A stretch of 61,334 bases of DNA from Rhina ancylostomus (GCA_030265395.1 JARFYF010000059.1:17263676-17325009); one strand, 5' to 3'. Positions 1 to 11,964 are shown, counted from the stretch's first letter. The notes: generated by a model from the letters alone, not told the origin. Numbers and translations are program-made.

Positions 1-19
1 GGGAGAGATCTTTTATCAG

Positions 20-155
20 AGTCCTGACCAATGGTCTTGACCTGAAACGTTGACTATCCATTTCCGTTCATAGATGCTGCCTGACCCGTTGAGTTCCTCC
101 AGCATTTTGTGTGTTGTTCCAGATCTCCAGCATCTGCAGTCTCTCTTGTATCTTC
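20..155 (+). mobile_element. Short Penelope-like terminal-repeat element with degenerate hammerhead core
   Basis: AGTC-CTGACCA-A-TGGTC-TT-GACCT-GAAA-CG-TT-GACT followed by the family body AGATGCTGCCTGACCCGTTGAGTTCCTCCAGCA...CCAGCATCTGCAGTCTC. Confidence 0.7.
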
Positions 156-309
156 AGTGGTGGTCATCGTGCAGATATTGGACACTAGAGGATGCTGCAA
201 TATCACAAAGCGGAAAAAGGACCAAATACTCTACAATTCCCTTTGTGAAGTTCTCTGGTCTCATATCTTCCTCCTTCACTACAACTACATTGATCATTTC
301 AGTAGCTTA

Positions 310-635
310 GTTCCCAAGTTACTAGACTAGATCCATGGATCTCTGATTTAGAGACGAGAGTTTGAATTTCAAGGTAGCTGAAGTAACCAAGTAAATCTGG
401 AATTTTAACAAAGTAAGTTTCAGAAATGGAACAATGAAACTTTCAAATTGCTGTAAAAATCCATCTGGCTCACCAAGATCATTTAGGGGAGGAAATCTGT
501 GAAATCCAGTATGGCCTAAATGTTACTCCAGATGCAGGAAACTTGTTGACTCTCAACTGTTTCCTCTCGGAGGCAGTAAGGCATGGACAATAAATGTGGT
601 CACTGTCCCTGACATCCACATCTTGTGAATAAATA
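310..635 (+). mobile_element. Degenerate SINE-like repeat with LINE-derived tail
   Basis: Body (AAAAATCCATCTGGCTCAC...TTTAGGGGAGGAAATCTG) and tail (GGACAATAAATG...CCACATC) recur at ~9990-10200, ~40010-40170 and ~55120-55440. Confidence 0.55.
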
Positions 636-2419
636 GATGGAAACAGAAATCCTTCCTAATATCCCTGTTGAATGTTGTTTTTCTCCTCTTTGGCTGGTTA
701 CTCTTCCGTTTGGTAATTGGAAGTCACTTTAAAGTTAAGTATACTGCAGAGATGAAAATGCTCAGCAGTAATGAATAATTATGTTACTGTGCAGTTGATG
801 GAAACTGGGTGCTGTTTGGATGTTACTGTACAGATAATGGACAATTAGATGATGATGTAAAGTGATGGTGAAGAAAATAGAAATTGTCTGTGGCCACATT
901 GGAAGAATGGGAAAAGTCTTGAAGAATTTCCGGCATAGTGGTCTGTTACGAGTTTAAGAATTGCTGTGGATGACTCTTTTGTTCGTTTGTATCAGTGGCT
1001 CCTGTAAGTGCATCTTTCCTTCTTAACATTTCACTGTTAACTCACTGTTTGGTATCCAATTATAACAATATATCTCTCACTATTGCCCTTACACCAGCCT
1101 TTATTCTCTGGAGTTTGCCTCTCCACACCCCCAATCATTCTCAACCAGTGCAATTATTTTCTTGTTCTTTGTTTTTAAAGCATCAAGTACCTCAAAACTC
1201 TTAACTCTGATCCTTGGTCACCAGGTTTCTGTAATGACAGTTGGATCAAACTCATCTAACTTTGAATTGGACAGCTTGAGTTATGAGATTTGATAGACTG
1301 GGACTATTAGCTCTGGAGCGAAAGAAGCTGAGGGCTGATTCAATACTAGCACTTTTAACATATTAAACAAGTTCCTTTTCCCACAGACATAGAGAAATCC
1401 CAAAAGTGAGAGTGCCACCCAGATGGCAGAACACATATAAATGTTTATAAATGAAGTACGTTGGGCTCCCCAAAAATATTTACATAATAACTTGCTGACA
1501 TGAAGTGACCCATTTTGCACCACTTGCAAAATGGTAAAACATCCAGTACAATGATTGGGAAAAATGATTGTGGAAGCAATAGGCCATGATATATGCACTT
1601 ACCAGATCAACTTGTTTCTTTAAAGAACACTTGTCAGTCAAGATTCCTGTTGATTGTAAATGAATAAAAATGAAAGGCTAGAACGAGGTTAATGGCATCC
1701 AGAGGGTGCTTCGTTTCAAGCTATTTATAGATTAGTTGGGCTGGGGGATGATGGAGGAATGTGGGTGACATGATTCATTAACAGGTGATGCTGGTTTGAT
1801 ACTTTAGGACCACCATGAGAGTGACATATGGAAAGGGGGTATAGTCTGAGGATAAGGCAGAGCAGGAAGAGAATAGGGGTATCCTATTACTATTTCCTTA
1901 ATAATAGACAGTAGCATTTTCATAACACATGTTAAGCTAACTGGTCTGTAAGTCTCCTCCTTTCTTGTCCTCTTTTCTTGAACACAGCCATTTGCAGTTT
2001 CCCAATCGACTGAGACCTTTCCAGAATGTAGGGCACAAGATGTGTACCCTATTTCCTACTAGCTTACCTAGTACCTTTTTTACTACTGATCTTTATTATT
2101 TTAAGTTCCTCTCTATTTTTTACCTCATTTACTATTTTCTGTTTGCTTTTGGTGAACTATGAACACAGATGCAAAATGTCTGCCGTTTATCTAGGAAAGT
2201 GTCTTTTTTTAAATTGAAGACCCTAGTACAGTACATAATCTTTCAAATAACCATTTTCCATAAACTACTATGAGTCATCAATTAATCCCATTAAAGTATG
2301 ACCAAGTCTAAAATAATCTGCATTCTGATTGGATCTACTTTGTATTGTTCTAGGACACTTACCTTGAATGAATTTTAGGAAATTGACCTCGACTGCCTTT
2401 GAAGATTAAAAAATAAACC

Positions 2420-2650
2420 TCAGATGCTGGAAAGCTGAAACAAAACCAAAGAAAGTTGGGAATAGTCAGCAGGTCAGGCAGCTACAGTGGAGAGAGAAAT
2501 CTTTCAACAGAACTGAGGATTTCTAACTTTCCTCAATTCTTTTGAAAGGTCACTAACCTTGAAATGTTAACACTACTTCTTTCTCCACAGATGCAGCTTG
2601 ATCTCCTATTTTGAGAATTGTTTTTGTCTAGAGTCACTACAGTTTTTGCA
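2420..2650. mobile_element. Old head-to-head pair of the Penelope-like terminal-repeat element
   Basis: Minus copy (CAGATGCTGGAAA...CAGCAGGTCAGGCAGC...GTGGAGAGAGAAA) followed by a plus copy (TTTGAAAGGTCACTAACCTTGAAATGTTAAC...TCTCCACAGATGCAGC). Confidence 0.6.
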
Positions 2651-3107
2651 TTACCTTTATTTTGAAACCCCTTTTGTGATTGATTTTATGTCCACCGTCT
2701 ATGACCAATAGACTATTTGATTGCAAACCTGTTGTTTTACCAGGATTTTATATAGGGAATCAACATTGTTAATTGGTCAAATTCTGTACCAAAATCTCTA
2801 AAGCTGTGTATTCATTAGATCTGTCAGTGTCCAGTAAGGTGACTCAAGTAGTTTGATTACTTCCACTAGTGATTTCTTTCCTTTGTTAGCTATTACGTAT
2901 CCAAACTATGTACTGATTTTCTGAGCTAAGACAATATATCACTATAATCTTAATACCATCCTCTATGATCAGAGGAACCCAACCTCTTTTCCCATCTAGG
3001 TTATCTTTCTGAAACATCAGATATCCTGGAACATTCAATTCCCAGCCTTGGTCATCCCAAAAAAGCAAACTTTAACTTTTTGCCAATCTTCCCTACTTTG
3101 ACCCTTT

Positions 3108-3318
3108 ATGTTTTCCCCAGGTTATGGCAGGGTTCCATTCCTGTGAAGTGTCTGTAACTCAAACAGTTCGCACATCGGAAATGTGGCCACAAACTTTGTT
3201 CTCACAAGGCAGAAGATGCCTGCAACAGCTGTCATATCCATCCCACTGGTCTCCCAAACATTTGTTTGCATGTATGGGCTGCACATAAGTCAGATATTCG
3301 TTAATTGGGGTGGATCTG
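3108..3318. mobile_element. Non-autonomous Tc1/mariner (pogo/Tigger-like) DNA transposon relic
   Basis: Both ends are homologous to the 9373-9896 element (CAGGTTATGGCAGGGTTCC ... GGGGTGGATCTG|TA). Confidence 0.5.
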
Positions 3319-3577
3319 TACATGTTGCTTCGCTTCTTTTGCTTTGTCCCTTCTTGTTATACTCTATTTATTATTACCCATTTCAATGCAGTTATATTTT
3401 CCCTTTCTCTTTAACTTTCAATACTTGCCCTAGTCTGAACTTACCTCTCATGACAACCGCCCCCTATGTCCCACCCATCTAATTTCAATGAATTTCATGT
3501 CATTTAAGTCAGTGATAATAAATCTGACTGATTCTGATTTATTTAGTTTAAATCCCAATCTACAACATTTGTTATTA

Positions 3578-4325
3578 AATTCAGATAAATGAGAAGTGTT
3601 GTGTTTTGGTTAGACACAGCAGGGTAGGACTTCCATGGTATATGGAAGGGCCCCGGAGGGTGTTATAGAAGAGACCTTGGGGTGCTGGTACATAGTTCCT
3701 TGAAAGTGGTGACACAGGTAGACAGGGTAGTGGAGAAGGTGTTTGGCATGCTTGCCTTCATCATTTCGGACACTAAGTACAGGAATTGGAATGTCATGTT
3801 ACAGCTACACAGGATGTTGGTGAGGCCACACTCGGAGTACTGTGTACATTTCTGGTTGCCCTGCTATCAGAAGGATGTCATTAAACTGGCAAGGGTGCAG
3901 AAAAAGATTTACGAGGATGTTACCAGGACTGGAGAGTCTGAGTTATAAGGAGAGGCTGGTTAGGCTAGGACTTTTTTCCCTGGAGCATAGGAGTTTGAGA
4001 GGTTTATAAAATCATGAGGGATATAGATAAGGTGAATAGCCACAATCTTTTCCCCAGGGTAGGAGAGTCTAAGTCTATAGGGCACAGGTTTAAAGTGAGA
4101 GGGGAAAGATTTAAAAGGGACCTGAGGGGCAACTTTTTCACACGGTTGGTCCATGCATGGAATGAGCCTCCAGAGGAAGTGGTAGAGGTCGAAATCTACA
4201 GGTACATCAGTAAGAAAGACTTAGAGAGATATGACCCAAACACAGACAAATGGGACCAGCTCAGTTTGGTGTGGACAAGTTGGGTCAAAAGGCCTGTTTT
4301 CCATGCGGCACGGCTTTATGACTAT
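3578..4325 (+). mobile_element. CR1/HER1-type LINE, 5'-truncated RT C-terminus and 3' tail
   Basis: ORFs 3682..3948 (LVRPHSEYCVHFWLPCYQKDVIKLARVQK) and 4014..4334 (GHRFKVRGERFKRDLRGNFFTR..HAWN) are typical CR1 ORF2 C-terminus, broken by frameshifts. Confidence 0.92.
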
Positions 4326-5334
4326 TTGCCATGACTCTGGTCTCAAAGTGAAGCCAATTCCAATAGAACAGCTTCCCCTTTCTCAGTACTGGTAGCAGTG
4401 CCCCAGAAATTGAAACCCCTTTTTCCCAAATCACCCTTTGAGCCAAGCATTCAGACCTCTGTTTAGTTTGACTCCCCTGCCAATTTGCATGTAGGTCCAA
4501 GACTGATCCATCAATGCTTTGTGATTCTGCTTGTTGACTTATGGCTGTCGTACTTCCTCAGAACAACTTTTCTTTTTGGCTTCACCCATATGGGCAACAA
4601 CACACTCCACACTCCAAATCTTCCTGTAATCCTAAGGAGATCACCTTAACCCTGAGGCTGGGTAGACAACAGAGCTTTTACATTACATAGCTGCACAGAA
4701 CAGCTTCTAACATGAATTCCCACATGGTAAAACTCTGATCATCCAGTATCTGCTTATTCAAAAATTCTTATGGTTGAACATTTGGCTCACTCATTAGGCT
4801 CTTATTTCCTTTAAACATGTTGGATTCACTGGAAAATTTATTATGCTACTGTATATCATGTAAAAATAGTGAAATAAAAATATGTTGGGTAATAATAAGA
4901 GTAGCATCCAATGGTCTAAAATAAATTTCCAGTCCACCACTGTCAAAAGGCCCAAGGGTGCTGAATTTTTATTGGAATATCAGAATTTTACTGTACTCAC
5001 CATATTCCTGACTTTTACATTCACTTGAACTGTACACAGAGTTAGTACAGTCATGATCCAGTGACACTGTTGAAATGAAACTTGAATACTTGAAGAACTA
5101 ACATTGGCAAATGGCATGATGTAATTTCTGATGATCCTTTTAATGAATATCAGGTGAAGAGTAAATTCTGCTATGATTCCCGTAAGAGTTGAATGATATA
5201 TTAGAAGATGTATACTTAGGTGAGGGTTCAAGGGGAATGTTTGACAAACTGAGTTAAGCTGTTACATTGAGAAGTCATTGAACTCTATCTGTGAGTTCCT
5301 GAGTCAGCTTGTAAGATGAGAAGAGGATGAAAGC

Positions 5335-5530
5335 TGGAACTGGATACAAAGAGGGCATCAAGAAATAAATTATCTGGTCATTTTGTCACATACTGTTAAG
5401 AAGAGTTTGATTATGCACAAATTAGTTTCCACTCTATACCAGCAACCACATTTTCAAATCAACTGTAAAGTACTTCAGAACAGCCAGTGGTGGTGAATAG
5501 CACTCCGTATATGCAAGTTCTTCTTTTGAC
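5335..5530 (+). mobile_element. DeuSINE/SacSINE1-like 3' fragment
   Basis: ATTATCTGGTCATT...CACA...GCACAAATT...GTAAAGTACTT...ATATGCAAGTTCTTCTTTT aligns by eye with 49505-49870. Confidence 0.5.
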
Positions 5531-5879
5531 CTAATACATGCTTAGTAGAAGGAATGAATTATTTTCTTTCACCACGTTCAGCTCATATGTGTGCATTTCA
5601 GTCTCAGTTCCTGTACATCTGTAGACACCAAGCAAGAGGGAACAATTGACTCCTGTGCAGCTGGCTTGTTTTAAAGGGCCACCCTAGCACAACATCTGTA
5701 ATTCATTGCTGTCACTGCTCTTGCCTTCACTTAAGCTACAAGAGAACAGAAAGGCTATAAACCCGCCCCAAGGGAGCTACTTTTTGTGAATCGTTTACAG
5801 GTCAAAGTCAGAGCTTGAACAGTGTGTAGGTGTATTCCTGATCATGCATTGAGTTTACATTAGGTTGTCACAGGAGCAA

Positions 5880-7870
5880 GTTTATCACCAAATTATGTTG
5901 GGAAAGCAATTGTATGTTGGTAGAAATCAAAAGCTCTTACAAAACAATACAATTTAAAATAAAGACAGCCAAGATTTTTTAAAAAATAAATGTAATAATA
6001 CTGCACAGACCCCAGAAACATTGTTCTGGAGCTTTTCAACAAATATTATAGAAACAAAATATGTTACAGCCAGTGAGTATACAAGAGCAGAAATATAGGC
6101 CTTCATTTATGTTACATACAGTTAATTGGTTTCTGACATGTAAAACCTTTCAAACAAGTAACTGCATGATTCTTCATGTAGGTTCCTAGTCGAGTCCTAT
6201 ATCATGTAAACTAGCTTGTAGGTTAGTATCGAACCTCTTACCATGCTTCCTATTACTCAATTTTTTTTTGTTTCAGAACACAAGCTGGTTTTCTCCAAGT
6301 TTTCCCTCAATACACTCATATTTGAGGAGGGGTAAGAATATTCTTTTCATCTCTGATTGAAGCTTCCTTCCTTTTCACTGGCTTTCAGAAGGGAGCTTTG
6401 TTAGAGTAGAAAGGCCCAACACCCTTCTATCACTGATTTCCTGAATAGCTTTTCTTGGTCCTCCTTCCTCGTCCCCCAATTCCAGATGATAGAGTGATTC
6501 TAATTACCAACTTGGAAGAGTCCAAGGCTTGAATCAGTAAGGGGCATATGTAACCCATAGATAGAAATTGTGTCCCTCAAAAAAATAGTACTCATTTTGG
6601 ATGGCAAGAACTCCTGGAAAGTAGCTATTATGAACCTGTGTGGCTCTGGCTCAAAATCCAGTGTCTGACCCCAGACACCATATGTATACAAGGGCAGATT
6701 TGGGCTGTACTCATTCATGTCTTTCATGATCCATTTTATATCATCACTTAGAATGGGCACTTGTACAGTGTATGATACCAGAGGGTAGCTTGTCAAAACC
6801 ACACCTCAGTTCTGGACCTAACAGGGCCTTGATTGCAACAAATCCTGTTAAACCATCAGTGATCATCTGCATTTTTGTTTACTAAGTGCAGATCATATTG
6901 TGCATTGCATTGGAATGGTGTAGAACAGGCAAGCTTCCAGTGCCAAAATGCAGTGAATGACAGATGGGGAGTAGACATCCAGTGATGAGCCCTTCCCACC
7001 AGCAGCCCCTACCCACAGCATGCCCTCCTTCCCCCAACCTTATTCATAACTGACTTTGGTTCCACTCAAAACAAGGGGGGAAAAATAGAGAAAAAATAGC
7101 ATGCAGATTGCTAACCTTTGGGATAAAATGGATTACCCAACTCCATTCCTTCTGAAGTTTAGGATTTTCCATCAATTTCCACAATGCTGCAAATTATTGG
7201 GTAGATGGGAAGGGGGAAAGAATTTGTGGCAGTTCTGTGCTTAAAAAGACTTTTAATTCTATCCCTTCACTTGAACATAATACTTTTTCACTTAAATAGC
7301 CATTAAGTGAGAGGTGACCTTCATTGAGCATCCCTGAGCTGAATTGACACCAAGTATGATCATTTGTACACTGCCCTGTAACAATTGCCAGTTTCTCAAC
7401 CAAAAGGATCTCTGAACAGTTAGATAAAAAAGGTTATGGCCAGAGAAACTAATCTTTTCTCTGCTGGTTTTTTTTTTAAATGAGGTTCATGGTCAATGAA
7501 GGGCCAAAACAGATACTGCACCTGCCAAAATATCAAAGAGCATTGTGACCATGCCCAATGTCTAGTTCACTGTTCTTTGCAAAGTTCAAAAGTAGATAAA
7601 GTGCAATAAAAACAACTGAGACATCCTGATGAAAAAGGTCACAAATTATACAGCAAAAACCTAACTAGGCATCCTGTTCACTGTGGATTGTTCCAGAACT
7701 TCTGGTTTATTGATAATGGTCAAGTCATATTCCACATGTATATGTAATATGTGGAATTTAGCTGAGGTTTTGGGATCACATTCTGCAATTCTGTTTACTT
7801 TTTCTGTAGATCCTGCAAACCAGGAGCCTTGATAAGACTGGGATTGTTCTTTGCTACTTTTTCTTTGTTG
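5880..7870 (-). other. ERRFI1: Probable ERRFI1 3'UTR (end uncertain)
   Basis: Stretch without recognisable repeats after the stop codon. AATAAA at 7711-7706 (proximal). Distal AU-rich block at ~5940-6130 with ATTTA motifs, a CAGTATTA site and a GATAAA variant signal at 5886-5881. Confidence 0.5.
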
Positions 7871-9144
7871 CTACTGAGGAGAGTCCACATTGGAAACAAG
7901 TTTTTGTTTTACTGTCACTGGTTTGGTTATTGTAAGTGTCTTGAAGCTTTCTGTTGTGCAATCGTTCGATTCCTCTGAGGCTTGGGCTCCCTCAAAATAC
8001 TTCTGAAATTTGTCAAGATAGGAAGGCCTCTCAGGAAGCAGGTAGTAATGTGTGGAGCTCACCTTCTTCCCATCTTCAATGATAGGTAAAATGCATGGTA
8101 CCCGTGTGGTTGCCCCATCGCTTGCCTGCCGCTGGAGGACTTTGTTGCTGACGTATTTGGGATCAGGTGCAAAGCTTCGTGTTGGGGGCATCACCCCATT
8201 GAGGTAGGNNNNNNNNNNNNNNNNNNNNNNNNNNNNNNNNNNNNNNNNNNNNNNNNNNNNNNNNNNNNNNNNNNNNNNNNNNNNNNNNNNNNNNNNNNNN
8301 NNNNNNNNGTAGGCCGGGAGACTTTTGGGACTTGGGGTGCGTGAATTGCTTCTGGACATAGGTTCTCGTGGAGGAACCTTTGGTGGTCTGTCCTCATCAG
8401 AATGCATGGCTGACATTACCTCTGCAGACCATCTTCGGTAGTCATGTTTCACTGGGCGTGGGGGTATGGGTACTCGAGGGGGAATCTCAGGCTTCACCTC
8501 ATTGGAATTTGGCGATGAGCTTGATAGGCAGCTTGCATTTTTCAACATGGTGGGCTTGTTGTAGGATCCAGCTGGGCCTGAATGTGACCTCCGTAATTTG
8601 CGGTGGGGCCGAGCAGGTTGTTCAGAAACCTCTTTATTTTCCAGTTTACTATCTTTTATAACATGGTAATTCTCTGGCAATCTATTCTGACCAACACCCT
8701 CGGAGTAAGCATAGTTGGTCTGCCCACATCCGCGGAAGCTCCTTCTGCTGGGAGCACCATATCTGAAGCTCAGTGGTCTGTAGTCCTGCAAAAGCAAGTC
8801 AGTTTCAGAACTTGTAATGGACTCGACCTCACTGTCCACATCATCAAAGGGCACATCACCAGAGAAAGGCAGAGGGGGAAGTGGCTTAGAGCTTCGGTCA
8901 CTGGAACATCCAGTATTAATTAGTGCAGTTGCTCCCTTCACTGGTGTTTGAGGTGGTGACAGCACATTGCTGTTCACTGAGAGTTTTTTAAATTGAGACA
9001 ACAGCTGATCCTTCTCCAGCTGTACAAAAGACTCCTCACAGTTTTGCATTTTCAGAGGTGGTGGTCGCAGCTTGTGGAAGGATGATCTGAGGCAGCTTCC
9101 AAAACAGCAGTGTCTATTCAGTCCAAGTGGCTCTGTTTCTTGTC
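7871..9144 (-). CDS. ERRFI1: ERRFI1 large terminal coding exon (proline-rich/SH3-binding region, 14-3-3 site, EGFR-binding/ACK-homology region)
   Basis: Acceptor TTCCTTCCCTCCCTTCAAATAG| at 9145 extends ORF 7871..9049 by 95 nt in frame. Hallmark motifs: [124 protein letters not shown]. Stop TAG at 7873-7871. Interrupted by an artefactual N gap at 8209-8308. Confidence 0.98.
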
Positions 9145-9372
9145 CTATTTGAAGGGAGGGAAGGAATTTTTTTTAAGTGTTATATGCGCATCACAATTTT
9201 CTCCCTCCCCTTCGAAAATCCTGGTGACTTGCTGAGGTCTGTGTTCGAGAGCCACTGGTCATCTCTGTACCTCACTCAAGGTGCCAGAGACCAGCTAAGA
9301 ATTATTGTAATTAAACAAAATTCAAGATAAGGAAAGAGTTTACCAAACTGATACACAAAGGAACAAACCAGA

Positions 9373-9896
9373 CAGGCAGTCCTNNNNNNNNNNNNNNNNN
9401 NNNNNNNNNNNNNNNNNNNNNNNNNNNNNNNNNNNNNNNNNNNNNNNNNNNNNNNNNNNNNNNNNNNNNNNNNNNNNNNNNNNGCAGTCCTCAGGTTATG
9501 ACAGGGTTCCAGACCCTGCAAGTTGGAAATGAACAAAAACACTGTTTAGGAAAGGATCATGGAAACAGTTGCAACAGGAGAGCAAACAGGTGAGGAAAAG
9601 GCAGCTGCCGGCCAGCCTCTGTCTCAGTGAACGAGTGAGTCTGCTCAGTGTTCCCAGTTATGCTTGGCTCAACCCAGCTCAATTGTTGTGGTTTGAGTGT
9701 GGTGTTGAGTGGTGGGGGGGGGTTGCTGGTTGGATGGGCAGTGTTGGTAGGAAGAGAAGGCATGTGGAAATTATGATGCTTGCAGCCCCGGAGAAGCCAG
9801 CAAATCCGTCCCCATCCATCTTGCCACTCTCACAAATGCTTATCTGTATGTGTGGGGTGTCCGCGAGTCAGGCATTTGTAACCTGGGGAGGACCTG
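9373..9896. mobile_element. pogo/Tigger-like non-autonomous DNA transposon in ERRFI1 last intron
   Basis: Imperfect terminal inverted repeats CAGGCAGTCCTCAGGTTA (gap collapsed) and TAACCTGGGGAGGACCTG followed by TA. A second copy lies at 3108-3318. Confidence 0.55.
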
Positions 9897-10299
9897 TAAC
9901 TGCCTATCCCTGGTTGTCATAAGTCATCTATTTGAACCAGTAGTATCACATTTTGATAAGTTGGCTTACTAGGTCATTCAAAACACAGTTAAGAGTCAAC
10001 CACTTTAAAGTGGTGAAGGAGTCATATTTAGGTACGATTCCCAGGCAGGAATTCCCCCACCCCCACAGGACATTAATCAAACTGTTAGTTTTTACAGCAA
10101 TATGATTTGACTCTTTAACTGCCTAGTCAGCTCAGGGACATTTGGAAATGGACAATAAATGCTGGCATTGCCAATCACACCCACATCCCATGAACAAATA
10201 ATTTGATGAAATACTTGTTATAGTTCCTTTTACAAAACCAATTTCTTTATAAAACAGGTAAATTCTCAAACATTGAGCCCATTGAGGTGAGATACGTAC

Positions 10300-10385
10300 G
10301 GTTGGTTGAAGGTACCATATAGGACTGTTTATGGGGGGCAGCATTCAAAGCACAGGTCACGGCTGCAGCTTCTGCAAAGTAGATG
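10300..10385 (-). CDS. ERRFI1: ERRFI1 second coding exon, (N)IYFAEAAAVTCALNAAPHKQSYMVPSTN(R)
   Basis: Poly-T tract plus TAG acceptor (AG at 10387-10386). 86 nt open, phase 2 in and phase 1 out, GTACGT donor at 10299-10294. It joins the flanking exons in frame. Confidence 0.85.
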
Positions 10386-11135
10386 CTAAAAAAAAATCAG
10401 AAAAAAAAACACATTTGTCAAGAATGTCTGAATAAACAGCCCATCAATAGAACACAAAGGTCTTACCCTTTAGATTTCTTTTGATCCTTTCCTTCAAGGA
10501 CAGCAATCCCCATCTCCCTCTTCCCATATGAGATCCAAGTTGTTCCTCAAATGAGTCCTGGGATATCTGATGGTATTGATCAGCTTTACTTCTCAAAGCT
10601 GAGAAGTAAACCAAGGGCTTGAAAGTGCCTTCTCAACTAATCCCAGAGATCAGTCCTATTATTTTACTCTGCACAGGAAGACCCAGTATTGGTGGAGGTG
10701 TAACAAGATCTTAACCTACTAGTCTGAACCCTGACTGGGGTCCTTCAGAATATCAGCAAAACTTGCATAGCAATATTACTTTATTGACATGTTTATTGTA
10801 TTATTGATGAATCAACCCTAAAGCTCTCTATTTTCCCTATGGCCAAGTTTTATCCTTGTTGTGGAATGTCATGCTTCCCATTTATGATACTGTTTACAGC
10901 ATTTGCAGTGAATTTCATCTATTCTCAATCAACCCAGATGTAATCTCAACACAGACCAAACACCACTGCACTGGGGTCTTATTCTGATAATTACTCAACT
11001 TGTTTGCTAACAAATCTCACTATTTTCACAGAAAGGTTTGATGATAAAATCATGCTACACACCATGTCACATTGCCTCCCCTATCAATGGAGATGCAACC
11101 TCCCAAACCAAGTAGTGCACTGTTGAGCAACTCAC

Positions 11136-11257
11136 TTGTCCAAGGTACTTGATTGATTCCAGCAGTTTTTGTTGTTGATGACACAATGAGTGCCATGCAT
11201 GAAGCAGTTACTCAGTGGGCTGCTGATCTCCTGTGCTGCCAGTCCAGCGCTCGACAT
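11136..11257 (-). CDS. ERRFI1: ERRFI1 (MIG6) first coding exon, MSSAGLAAQEISSPLSNCFMHGTHCVINNKNCWNQSSTLD(N)
   Basis: ATG at 11257-11255 in AAGATGT context. The translation resembles the vertebrate ERRFI1 N-terminus (MS.AG.AAQEI..PL...F.H). It is 122 nt and ends in phase 2 at a GTGAGT donor (11135-11130). Too short for the ORF track. Confidence 0.93.
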
Positions 11258-11330
11258 CTTGGCAATTTAGGGAAGACACCAATCCTTTAAAGTTTGTGTG
11301 CTGTCTTCAAGTTAACAGAGTCATGCATTC
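11258..11330 (-). other. ERRFI1: 5'UTR part of ERRFI1 exon 2
   Basis: Pyrimidine tract and AG (TTGTCTTTTGTCAAG|GAATG) end 73 nt before the ATG. An alternative CTACAG acceptor at 11374 cannot be excluded. Confidence 0.6.
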
Positions 11331-11964
11331 CTTGACAAAAGACAATTCTTGAATTATTCATTTGCTCATCCTCCTGTAGCCACAGCCAAAAGGCTGCAAT
11401 ACTCACCACACCCCATCAAGGGGGGTCAGTTAACGAAACCCAGAAGTACAGTACTTTCTCATTAACAAGATTTTTCTGATTTGAGAAGATACATTAAAAC
11501 CAAGGACATCCAGGGGAGCCAGATGAACCAAAACAAGGGATAACCTTGACTTCATCCTCTGCATTTCACTTCTGGCAAACACATTGTCAATAATAGTATT
11601 GGTAGAAATGGCCACCACATAACCCTTGTGAAAACAAGTCTGTCTTCACACTTTGGACAACATCTATCATGTTGTATGGCAATACACAATCATGCTAAAT
11701 GGAATAAACTCAGAATATATATAGCAGATCTAAACTGGACATTCATGAGATGTTACAAATCATCAGTAGCAGCAGAATTGTAGATTACCATAATTTGTAA
11801 CCTCGTGGAATGGCGCATCCTCACTCAACCATTTCTGTCAAGCCAGAGGCTCAATCCTGGTTTAATGAGTATACAAGGACATTCTAAGAGCATTGCCAGA
11901 CACACTCAAAACTATAAACTCTGTACTATATGCTCATTAAATAGTAAAAACAGCATGCAATAGA

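Larger units (their letters stand above)
1900..4520 (-). mobile_element. Old fragmented CR1-type LINE (ORF1 esterase, endonuclease and RT remnants) with younger insertions
   Basis: ORF 2886..3068 (QGWELNVPGYLMFQKD...GKRGWVPLII) resembles the CR1 endonuclease. 4330-4500 resembles the CR1 ORF1 SGNH region (LFYWNWLH). Stops and frameshifts throughout. Confidence 0.6.

Noticed and set aside
24-51. Copy at 20-55 as an active ribozyme
   Set aside because: The core reads CUGACCA (G8 to C), which should abolish catalysis. Kept only as evidence for the family consensus.
1-5880. PARK7 exons expected downstream from mammalian synteny
   Set aside because: No DJ-1-like peptide was recognised. The region is mostly LINE/SINE remnants.
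8368-8923. Plus-strand ORFs antisense to ERRFI1
   Set aside because: Shadow ORFs of a GC-richer coding exon with no recognisable product.
9047-9049. ATG of the 392-aa ORF as the ERRFI1 start
   Set aside because: The frame stays open to a strong acceptor at 9145, and two upstream exons supply the conserved N-terminus.
10311-10316. Alternative donor ATG|GTACCT in coding exon 2
   Set aside because: It is phase 0 and would frameshift the last exon. The 10299 donor keeps the frame.
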